DNA of 30,644 nucleotides, taken from positions 1-30,644 of the IMG/VR virus record IMGVR_UViG_3300044733_003453. One strand, written 5' to 3'. Below are positions 22,927 to 30,205 of the stretch, in pieces. The notes beneath the pieces were generated by a model, which saw nothing but the letters and a program-made list of their open reading frames with translations, searched no databases and had not been told where the DNA came from. Position 1 is the first letter of the stretch. Each line of letters starts with the position of its first letter. The position numbers and the translations under genes are program-made. This stretch comes from a virus (lineage: Duplodnaviria > Caudoviricetes).

Positions 22927-24381
22927 GTGCAGCTCGATCTCGATCATCCATCCGACGATTCAAGGCTGCCCTCCTATCGGCACCCAACCCTGCGCGAGCT
23001 GCAGGAAGACCTGGACCGCGCTTACGACGCCTTCCACATGCTCCGTGGCGTCAAATCCAAGTACCTCCCGCAAGAACCAGCAGAACCGCATGATGCCTAT
23101 CAATCCCGGCTGAACTGCTCCGTCTTCGCTGATTTCTTCCGTAGTTCCATCGTTGCCTTTACCGGCATCCTCTCCAAGTTCTCGCTGTCCAATCCACCAC
23201 CGTCCATGGCCGATGCCGTGGACAACATCGACCTAGAAGGCAACAGCATATCGGTATGGCTAGAAAAAGCCGACACCCTCATGCTCCGTGATGGTGGTGT
23301 GCTCCTGGCAGTGGACATGCCCGCCGGTCGGCCGATGAACGCTGCCGAAGAGATCGCCCAGGGCCGCAGACCGTATGCGCTGATGCACCCTCGCGCCAAG
23401 GTGCTCAACTGGATCGCCACCGTTGACAATGGCGTCGAAACACTGCAGCAGGTTGGCATCCTGCTGCTGCAGGAGGAACCCGACCCGCCGTTTGGTGTGC
23501 GCACCGTTCCCCGTTACAAGGTGATCACGCGGGAAGGCTGGACGGTCTACCGCATCGATCGTGATGCCACCAACGAACTCACCGCCACGGTCGAATCCGA
23601 AGGTCTCTACCAGACCCCATCCGGCCAGCCGCTACCCTTCCCGCCCGTGGTCTGGTATCCCGCCGAGCATGCCGGGTTTGGCCAGGGTGAGCTGCCGCTC
23701 CGGCAGGTGGTGGAGCACAGCATTGAGCATTTCCAGCAACGCTCAGACCTGCGCAACAAGACCCGCCGCTGCGCGATGCCAGTCCCCGTCGCGATCGGCC
23801 GCACGCCACCTGCACCCGGCGAGGCACGCAAGCCGCTGGTGATCGGGCCCAACAGCATCGTTGATCTCGATGCTGGCGGTTCGTTCTCCTTCGCAGAACC
23901 ATCAGCCAGCAGCCTGGCGGAACAGCGGGAGCAGATTAAGGAGGTTGAGAAGCTCATCTCCCGCCAGACACTCGGGTTCCTCTACGGCGATCCGGGCAGC
24001 ACGAAAACCGCCACACAGGCCGGCCTTGAAGGTGCGCAGACTGAGGCGACCATCGCCAGCATCGCTGAGCGCAAGGCATCCGCCGTGCAGTCACTGATGC
24101 AGATCTGGTGCGCGTTCACCGGTGAGCAGCTCCCCGAAGATGCCGGCATCGCCATGAGCGCGTCGCTGTTTGAGCGGCCGCTGGAAGCAACGGACATCAA
24201 GCAACTCCAAGACCTAACCGGTGGTGAGCAGCTCATCTCCGTGCAATCAGCCATCGAAGAACTGCAACGCGCCGGCAGGCTCAAGGCCACAACCAGCGTC
24301 GAGGACGAAATGGACCGCATCCGTGCAGAACGTCCAGCACCTGCCGATGACGTGGGCCTGAACGACCTGGGCGAGCTGTAA
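22927..24381 (+). CDS. portal protein (DUF4055-type)
   Basis: 484 aa; YLPQEPAE..AYQSRL, NIDLEGNSI, GVLLAVDMP, RRPY, HFQQRSD, KTATQ; lies upstream of the minor head gene. Confidence 0.85.
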   Translation: MQLDLDHPSDDSRLPSYRHPTLRELQEDLDRAYDAFHMLRGVKSKYLPQEPAEPHDAYQSRLNCSVFADFFRSSIVAFTGILSKFSLSNPPPSMADAVDNIDLEGNSISVWLEKADTLMLRDGGVLLAVDMPAGRPMNAAEEIAQGRRPYALMHPRAKVLNWIATVDNGVETLQQVGILLLQEEPDPPFGVRTVPRYKVITREGWTVYRIDRDATNELTATVESEGLYQTPSGQPLPFPPVVWYPAEHAGFGQGELPLRQVVEHSIEHFQQRSDLRNKTRRCAMPVPVAIGRTPPAPGEARKPLVIGPNSIVDLDAGGSFSFAEPSASSLAEQREQIKEVEKLISRQTLGFLYGDPGSTKTATQAGLEGAQTEATIASIAERKASAVQSLMQIWCAFTGEQLPEDAGIAMSASLFERPLEATDIKQLQDLTGGEQLISVQSAIEELQRAGRLKATTSVEDEMDRIRAERPAPADDVGLNDLGEL

Positions 24382-24391
24382 CCGGAAACCT
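24382..24391 (+). promoter_or_regulatory. putative late-promoter motif CCGGAAACCT
   Basis: 34 bp before the ATG at 24416. Confidence 0.62.
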
Positions 24392-24415
24392 AAGCCGTCC
24401 CAGACACCACCCGCC

Positions 24416-24616
24416 ATGTCTGCCGCAAGCCTCTACGAAGCGCTGCACAACACCGTCTCGGAGCAGATGGATCTTGACGATCCGCTGTCCATGATGGAAA
24501 TCGTCGGTGCCATCGAAATGGTGAAGCATGATCTGCTGGTCGCCTTCGATGATGCCGAGAACGACGACGACCCTGAGCCGATGGATGGCGCGTGCGTCAT
24601 GCCCCAGGCTGCCTGA
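24416..24616 (+). CDS. small acidic hypothetical protein
   Basis: LSMMEIVGAIEMVKHDL pattern, acidic tail. Confidence 0.7.
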   Translation: MSAASLYEALHNTVSEQMDLDDPLSMMEIVGAIEMVKHDLLVAFDDAENDDDPEPMDGACVMPQAA

Positions 24617-24623
24617 TCGCTGA

Positions 24624-25712
24624 ATGGCAACACCAGGGCCACGGCAGCTCACCGGCATCGCTGATGACTACGCCAAAACCCTGGCGGAACTGGAGCGGCG
24701 CAGCGTCAACAACACCCTCGCGCTGCTCCGTCGTTCGCTTGACGGCACGCTCACCACACTTCGCCGGTCGTATAACGCCTACCTGAGCGACATAGGCGGC
24801 ATCACAACCGACCCTGAAGGGCAGGTCACTCGCCGGCCCGGTGCATACACCACCGCCGAATCGACCGCGAAGTTCAGGGCGATCCTGCAGGATGCCCAGC
24901 AGTTCATGACGCCCACTGAGGTGGCATTCTGGCGTGAGTCCTACGAACGTGACCTGCGCGAGGCCACCAAGCTGGGCAGCGACCTGGCAACGGAGCTGAT
25001 TGCCCTGGTCAGCCAGCCGGATTCGATGGTGCCTTTCGCTGGCGCTGATCCCTTGGCCGTTCGCGCTGCAGCATTGAACGCCTCAGCGTTCATTCAGAAC
25101 GAAACGGCCCGGTTTCGTGCGCAGATCGTTGAGATCGTGGGTGAAGGCATCGCTCGTGGCTGGGGACCCACTCGCCTGGAACGCCAGATTCGCGAAGCAC
25201 TACGCGGCGCCCGTGACCCGAAACGGCTCAACCAACGGCTAGGGCTTGAGCAGCGTGCTGCGTTGATCGCCAGGTCGGAGCTGGCCACCGCCTACGTGAA
25301 AGGCAGCCTGCAGCGTGCGCGTGAACGCGGCGATGGTTACGTGCGGGTGTTGGCATCGAATGATGAGCGGACCTGCCCGACGTGTGCCAGCAGGAACGGG
25401 AGGATCTATCCGGTAGACCGGGCGCCAATTCCTTACCATCCGCGCTGCCGATGCGTTGCTATACCTGTACCGAACGAAGCAATCGAAGAATCCGATCCTG
25501 AAACTCAGGATGTTCTGCTGGATTCTAAACGCTGGCGGGATGAACACGAGCGTGGCGTTGAGGCTTACGCCAAAGCGCGAGAGATCAGCATTGAAAAAGC
25601 CCGCGCCGAACTGGCACGGGCATTGCGTACACCTACGGCATCAGAGCGTCGGCTGTACCCGAAAGGTCAGCCGTCGCTAGATGAATCGGTGCCGTTGTTC
25701 AGAACGGAGTAA
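24624..25712 (+). CDS. minor head protein (SPP1 gp7 / Mu gpF family)
   Basis: RAALIARSELATAY, DERTCPTCASRNGRIY, PYHPRCRC. Confidence 0.9.
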   Translation: MATPGPRQLTGIADDYAKTLAELERRSVNNTLALLRRSLDGTLTTLRRSYNAYLSDIGGITTDPEGQVTRRPGAYTTAESTAKFRAILQDAQQFMTPTEVAFWRESYERDLREATKLGSDLATELIALVSQPDSMVPFAGADPLAVRAAALNASAFIQNETARFRAQIVEIVGEGIARGWGPTRLERQIREALRGARDPKRLNQRLGLEQRAALIARSELATAYVKGSLQRARERGDGYVRVLASNDERTCPTCASRNGRIYPVDRAPIPYHPRCRCVAIPVPNEAIEESDPETQDVLLDSKRWRDEHERGVEAYAKAREISIEKARAELARALRTPTASERRLYPKGQPSLDESVPLFRTE

Positions 25713-26163
25713 CCGCACCGGCCAGGGCAGGCTCAGGCTGGGGAACAGAGTCATAGGTGACGACGGGCGAACCGATCGCGGCGACCGGCTCAGCCGTAGC
25801 AGCAGGCGCCGGCACACCAGCAGCGGTGAGGATCAGAGCATCACCCTGATGGGTGATCTGCACAGTGCCGCCAGGCTCGATACCCAGCAGGGCGGAATAG
25901 CCGCCAGCCATCACGATGTTCCCGGTCTTGCCGGTCGTGACCGTGAAGGAGAGCGGTTTGCCCTTGCGGCCGCCGGTCTTGGCGGGCTTGAGGCTCAGGC
26001 CATGGGCAGCCAGGAGGGCATCCTTGAACGCTGAGAGCTTGGCTTTGCCGTTGGCGGTGATGTAGCCGCAGGCGATGGCGATGTCGGATTCGGGCTGCGG
26101 GCCGAGTTCAGCGACCTTGGCCTTGAGCGCATCGCCGGTGAGTGCGGTGGTCTGGGTGGGCAT
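25699..26163 (-). CDS. cyanobacterial AbrB-like (cyAbrB) transcriptional regulator
   Basis: LTGDALKAKVAEL...IAIACGY...FKDALLAAHG (cyAbrB N-domain); GRKG..SFTVTT..GNIVMAGGYSALLGIEPG (AbrB C-domain); ATG at 26163. Confidence 0.85.
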   Translation of the reverse strand: MPTQTTALTGDALKAKVAELGPQPESDIAIACGYITANGKAKLSAFKDALLAAHGLSLKPAKTGGRKGKPLSFTVTTGKTGNIVMAGGYSALLGIEPGGTVQITHQGDALILTAAGVPAPAATAEPVAAIGSPVVTYDSVPQPEPALAGAVTPF

Positions 26164-26189
26164 TAACTGCACCTTGGTGGGGAACTGCC

Positions 26190-26218
26190 ACAATAGCCTT
26201 GCAGTTGCGCAACAGCAA
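26190..26218 (-). promoter_or_regulatory. promoter TTGCTG-17-TATTGT overlapping the palindrome TTGCAGTTGCGCAACAGCAA (26199-26218)
   Basis: 17-bp spacer, points at the cyAbrB gene. Confidence 0.7.
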
Positions 26219-26220
26219 CA

Positions 26221-26415
26221 GTGGAACTCCCACCCGATCTAGCCGCTTTTCTGCTGTGCCATGCCTGCGTGTCCGCACGGGATGAGGACGCCACCAGGCA
26301 AGCGCTGAGGGCTGCTGCAGTGGAATTGCCGGACGCCCAGGCGCATAAGGTGGCGACGGTGTTGCATGCGTCGATCTCTGGCGGTGGGCGGCTGTGGCTG
26401 AGCAAGATGGCGTAG
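26221..26415 (+). CDS. hypothetical protein
   Basis: 64-aa ORF bracketed by two palindrome copies. Confidence 0.55.
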   Translation: MELPPDLAAFLLCHACVSARDEDATRQALRAAAVELPDAQAHKVATVLHASISGGGRLWLSKMA

Positions 26416-26419
26416 GTTG

Positions 26420-26448
26420 TTGCAGTTGGGCAACCGCAGCGGTATGAT
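26420..26448 (+). promoter_or_regulatory. promoter TTGCAG-17-TATGAT overlapping the palindrome TTGCAGTTGGGCAACCGCAG
   Basis: Near-consensus boxes; followed by a GTCGG-ACGG-CCGAC hairpin and a CACCAC leader. Confidence 0.78.
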
Positions 26449-26492
26449 GCGGAAGTCGGACGGCCGACGCCACCACACCACTGTTAACCGCC

Positions 26493-26678
26493 ATGACCAC
26501 AACTGTTTTCTGCACCGTCCTGGTGCTGTTACTGCTCCCCGTGCTGTCCCTGCTGTGGCTGACGGAATCCCGTCAGCAACGCGCCCGCAGGTGGCGCCGC
26601 GATGGCTGGACACAGCAACGGATCGCTGATCGACTGGGGTGTTCGCGCACCACGGTTCGGCGGCTGTTGGCTGCTTGA
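26493..26678 (+). CDS. small TM-anchored HTH protein
   Basis: VFCTVLVLLLLPVLSLLWL followed by GWTQQRIADRLGCSRTTVRRLL. Confidence 0.78.
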   Translation: MTTTVFCTVLVLLLLPVLSLLWLTESRQQRARRWRRDGWTQQRIADRLGCSRTTVRRLLAA

Positions 26679-26703
26679 TCGCTCACCCCACTACGGAGAC
26701 ACC

Positions 26704-26868
26704 ATGGACATCAAAGAAGCCAAGGTCGCGAAAGTCGATCTAGAGAAAGCGATTGCCGCGTTGCTGGCTCAGTTTGCAGAGAGCACCGGGGCAAGAGTCA
26801 CTAACCTGTCAGTTGACAGTATCGGGATGGCGCCGCATTACATCGTCGAAGCTGAGGTGCAACTGTGA
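26704..26868 (+). CDS. small protein, GnsA/GnsB-like pattern; paralog of 15722-15901
   Basis: MDIKEAKVAKVDLEKAIAALLAQFAESTGARVTNL...YIVEAEVQL; GGAG upstream. Confidence 0.65.
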   Translation: MDIKEAKVAKVDLEKAIAALLAQFAESTGARVTNLSVDSIGMAPHYIVEAEVQL

Positions 26869-27359
26869 CCAACCAACACCGCGCCACGCCTGAGCAGTGG
26901 GAGCATCAGGATCACTGGACCAGGGAACACCGCAGTACCGCATCCTGCATCCTCGAACTCCGCGCCCGCATCGAAGCCCTAGAGGCCGCGCAGCTAGAGC
27001 AGGCCGAGAGCCACAGGTTCTGCGTTGACGCCATCGTGCGGCGGGTGGAGGCGCTGGAGGCGGCGCCACAAGACAAGCTCGACCGCCTGATTGCGTTGGA
27101 CGCCGCCGATCCGACTCCTGATCCCGCCATGACCGAACTCCGCGCCGCCAGTGCTGAGATGAGGCCTGCTGGTGGGTTGGTGGGGAGGGTGGCGGAGGCG
27201 ATGGGTCCCCAAACTCAAGCTGCTCAGGAAGCCGGTGAGCTGCCTTACAGCACAGCCCGCGCCGCAATCCGCGAGGCGGCGGCGGCTGCCAAGGATCTCA
27301 GGTTCACCACCGCCAAGGCCCTGATCGACTGGCTGGATCGGGAGGCCGACCGTGGCTGA
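26865..27359 (+). CDS. hypothetical protein with repeated R(I/V)EALEAA coiled-coil
   Basis: HRATPEQW, CILELRARIEALEAA, IVRRVEALEAA. Confidence 0.7.
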   Translation: MTNQHRATPEQWEHQDHWTREHRSTASCILELRARIEALEAAQLEQAESHRFCVDAIVRRVEALEAAPQDKLDRLIALDAADPTPDPAMTELRAASAEMRPAGGLVGRVAEAMGPQTQAAQEAGELPYSTARAAIREAAAAAKDLRFTTAKALIDWLDREADRG

Positions 27360-27546
27360 ACTGTCGCCAGCGGCTCGGGCGATCGTGGCAGCATTCAACG
27401 AGCGCTACGAGTTGTGCGGCCCCTTTGATGATGACTGGGTGGAGCAGTGCCTGGCCGCCGCCCTGCGCGCTGCAGCAGATCACCTTGGCAGCTGCAACGC
27501 ATCGACGGAACTCCTCACCCTCGCCACCGAACTGGAGGCCCAGTGA
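27352..27546 (+). CDS. hypothetical protein
   Basis: LSPAARAIVAAF...LAAALRAAAD...LLTLATELEAQ. Confidence 0.7.
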   Translation: MAELSPAARAIVAAFNERYELCGPFDDDWVEQCLAAALRAAADHLGSCNASTELLTLATELEAQ

Positions 27547-27767
27547 CACCTGACCACCTCCAACCCGGCGACATCTGGCGCCATCCCGGCATGGGGCTGC
27601 TGTACGTCACCGATGAACGCCAGTTCGGCTACCTGACCTGCTACTGGAGCATGAGCGGCAAGGCTGGACTGCGCACGACCATGCATCCCAGAAACACCAC
27701 CAACCTCACCCTGGTGCAGCGGCTGGGTGAGCAAGACGCCAACGGCGAATGGCACCTGAAACGATGA
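27543..27767 (+). CDS. hypothetical protein
   Basis: GTGA overlap; LQPGDIWRH... Confidence 0.55.
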   Translation: MTPDHLQPGDIWRHPGMGLLYVTDERQFGYLTCYWSMSGKAGLRTTMHPRNTTNLTLVQRLGEQDANGEWHLKR

Positions 27768-27910
27768 TCCCCCGCCTCTACCACGTCCAGCTCACCACCG
27801 GCCCCATCGAGCTCTACGCCGTCACCCAGGCCCAGGCCATCGCCACTGCCCTAGAGCTGGCGGGACCTGGCGCGAAGGTGCTCAGGGTTTGGCGGGAAGG
27901 GGAGTGGTGA
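27764..27910 (+). CDS. hypothetical protein, 48 aa
   Basis: Read by hand: MIPRLYHVQLTTGPIELYAVTQAQAIATALELAGPGAKVLRVWREGEW; ATGA overlap. Confidence 0.6.
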   Translation: MIPRLYHVQLTTGPIELYAVTQAQAIATALELAGPGAKVLRVWREGEW

Positions 27911-27915
27911 CCGCT

Positions 27916-27930
27916 ACGGAAACCTCAAGC
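27916..27930 (+). promoter_or_regulatory. putative late-promoter motif ACGGAAACCTCAAGC
   Basis: 35 bp before the ATG at 27951; 13/15 identical to the 3474 copy. Confidence 0.6.
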
Positions 27931-27950
27931 ACCACGCACGCCGCTACACC

Positions 27951-28139
27951 ATGGCCCGCGAATGGGACACGCCTACACGGGCGCCATGGAATCCGCTGAT
28001 CAAACAATCCCTCGACGCGATCGACCGTCACGAACACCTCTACCGCTCCACTGGTGACGGCCGCCATGCACGCCTCGCACACCAGCTCAGGCAGTACGTG
28101 GCCGAGCTGAAGGATTGGATCCTGTCTCAGGAAACCTAG
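27951..28139 (+). CDS. hypothetical protein
   Basis: REWDTP.RAPWNPLI...LRQYVAELKDWI. Confidence 0.7.
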   Translation: MAREWDTPTRAPWNPLIKQSLDAIDRHEHLYRSTGDGRHARLAHQLRQYVAELKDWILSQET

Positions 28140-28142
28140 GCC

Positions 28143-28649
28143 ATGGCAGTTCCAACCCTTAACCCGCTCTGGCGGCCGAATGCCGGCAGCGCCCGCGATG
28201 ATCGCGAGCTCATTCGTGGTTATGCCCTCTGGCCCGTTTCCGAATACAACCTCACGATCCTCACAACCATCCTCAACCGCGCTGCAGACGTGTCACCCGG
28301 CACCGTTGCACGCTGTCAGGCATGGATTGATGAGATCGAAGACCTCGAACAGGACTGGTCTGATCAGGTCGCCGCAGGCACCGCCCACCTGAGCAACGCG
28401 CAAGAGTATGAAGGGCCGATCCCTGGCACCACACTCACCCGTCAGGACCGGCAGAAGAAAGCTGACGTGCTGGAGTGGGATACCTCGCTGCTCAAGGTTC
28501 GCACCGTCTCTGGTGGCCGGGCTGACGCTACCGCTGGCGGTGTACTCGCCGCACGCATGGCGCAGCTGAAACACAAGATCCTCCAGGCACTCGGCATCAA
28601 GCCCTACGACGGTGGCGACGGTTCCAGCGCACGGCTGATGCGGAGCTGA
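28143..28649 (+). CDS. putative head-tail adaptor / virion protein
   Basis: 168 aa with KKADVLEW; first gene of the neck cluster; function by position only. Confidence 0.55.
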   Translation: MAVPTLNPLWRPNAGSARDDRELIRGYALWPVSEYNLTILTTILNRAADVSPGTVARCQAWIDEIEDLEQDWSDQVAAGTAHLSNAQEYEGPIPGTTLTRQDRQKKADVLEWDTSLLKVRTVSGGRADATAGGVLAARMAQLKHKILQALGIKPYDGGDGSSARLMRS

Positions 28650-28656
28650 GTTCAGA

Positions 28657-28666
28657 CAGGAAAGCT
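28657..28666 (+). promoter_or_regulatory. putative late-promoter motif CAGGAAAGCT
   Basis: 37 bp before the ATG at 28694. Confidence 0.5.
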
Positions 28667-28693
28667 AGATCAGCTACCTGATCTCCCTCCGCA

Positions 28694-29236
28694 ATGGCTA
28701 GAACGTACAAACGTGATCGCATCGGTCGCTTCGCTAGCACTGGTGGCGGCGGTGGACGCAAGGGAAGTGGTAGTAAAGGCAAAGCCAAATCCAAGTCCAG
28801 CAATGTGGCTGAGCGTAAGCAGAAGCTGGTCAAGGAAGTTAGCAGCAACGCCCTCGCTGGCCGCAAGAACTCCAGCGCACGCACCAGCTACGTTCGCGCT
28901 CAGCAGCAATCCAAGGTTGCTGCTCAATCAAACCGTGGCTCGGGCAATAAGGCCGCACGTCGCGCTGCTGCAGCAACTGCCAAGGCTGCCCAATCCGCAC
29001 GCACCAAACAGTTCAGCAGCAAGGCCAGCAGCAGCAAGGCGAAGGCTGCCTACAAGGCTGCTACATCCGCCGCACGTGAGGCCAAGATGCTTGCCGGTGG
29101 CCGCACCTCAACCCGTGGTCTCAGCGGCCGCAAAGATTCCGGTGCTACCAATATCCGCGCCAACGTGAAGCGTGCGCAGGCTGCTGCAGCGAAGGTGCGG
29201 AAACTTGAGCGGAACCGTGGCACCAGCCGCCGCTGA
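28694..29236 (+). CDS. extremely basic Lys/Arg/Ala/Ser-rich protein (histone H1/protamine-like)
   Basis: MARTYKRDRIGRFAS N-terminus; low complexity, very few acidic residues. Confidence 0.75.
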   Translation: MARTYKRDRIGRFASTGGGGGRKGSGSKGKAKSKSSNVAERKQKLVKEVSSNALAGRKNSSARTSYVRAQQQSKVAAQSNRGSGNKAARRAAAATAKAAQSARTKQFSSKASSSKAKAAYKAATSAAREAKMLAGGRTSTRGLSGRKDSGATNIRANVKRAQAAAAKVRKLERNRGTSRR

Positions 29237-29715
29237 TGGCAACTGACCTCGCGCCCTACGCCAACCTGCGGATCCTGCTGCCCCAGCCGGTCGCACCAGC
29301 AAACTTCCGTTCTGGTGTGCCGGCTGCAGCCGGTAGCTGGGTGGTTGAGTGTTTCGCCAAGAACAGCGGCACTGACCCCGCGACAGGCCTGCCCAGCATC
29401 GATCCACGCCGGCAGGTGCTGGACGGCTACATCACCCAATGGGCAGCGCTGCCGGCCAATACCTCATGGCTGGCGGCACGGTCAGCCTTCACATGGACCA
29501 CAACCGGCCTGGCGCCTGCAGGGCTGCTGCCTGGTTCCAATGGCCGGGGGATCCTCACGGTGCTGGAGCAGCTGCCGACGATTACCCAGCCAGCGCAGCA
29601 AGGTGAGGTGACGATCGTTGGCCTGGCAGATCCCTTCGGCACTGGTGGTATTGGTGCGGAGGTTCGATCCGTCCTGGGTGACAAGATCCGAATTGAGTTC
29701 CAAGCAGCAGGCTGA
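29236..29715 (+). CDS. putative head-closure/neck protein
   Basis: 159 aa between the adaptor-like and gp10-like genes; coupled by TGATG; function by position only. Confidence 0.5.
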   Translation: MATDLAPYANLRILLPQPVAPANFRSGVPAAAGSWVVECFAKNSGTDPATGLPSIDPRRQVLDGYITQWAALPANTSWLAARSAFTWTTTGLAPAGLLPGSNGRGILTVLEQLPTITQPAQQGEVTIVGLADPFGTGGIGAEVRSVLGDKIRIEFQAAG

Positions 29716-30170
29716 TGTCAGTTCGCGTCACGGTTGAATCAGGCAACCTCGCCAAGCTCGCTGAACAGGCCGCGCAACGGGCCACCGAGATCGTGATGGG
29801 TGAGCTCTATGGCGCCTTCCAGCAATCCTTCACCGCTCAGGCCTGGGCATGGCCCCGTGAAACCAAGCGCACCGTTGGCACTGCCGGCAGCCCACGCAAC
29901 ATCATCGACACCGGCAGCCTCCGGCAATCCGGCTCGTACCAGATGACCGGCCCGTATCAGGCCACCTTCACATGGTCAGCGAACTACGCCACCGCCGTGC
30001 ATGAAGGCGCCCTGATCTTCCCATGGGGCAACCGCAACGCACGCCGCGTGCAACTCCCCGCCCGCCCTTGGACCCGCGCCGTACTCGGACAGGAAAACGT
30101 CTCCGGCATCGTCACCTACAACGTCGCCGATCGCCTCAGGAACGTCTGGCTAGCGCAGCTCCGCCGCTAA
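29715..30170 (+). CDS. HK97 gp10-like neck/tail-completion protein
   Basis: PRNIIDTGSLRQS...NYATAVHEG...PARPW. Confidence 0.75.
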   Translation: MSVRVTVESGNLAKLAEQAAQRATEIVMGELYGAFQQSFTAQAWAWPRETKRTVGTAGSPRNIIDTGSLRQSGSYQMTGPYQATFTWSANYATAVHEGALIFPWGNRNARRVQLPARPWTRAVLGQENVSGIVTYNVADRLRNVWLAQLRR

Positions 30171-30171
30171 G

Positions 30172-30181
30172 CCGGAAACCT
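30172..30181 (+). promoter_or_regulatory. putative late-promoter motif CCGGAAACCT
   Basis: 34 bp before the GTG at 30206. Confidence 0.62.
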
Positions 30182-30205
30182 ACGACACCCCACCCCGGCG
30201 CTGTC

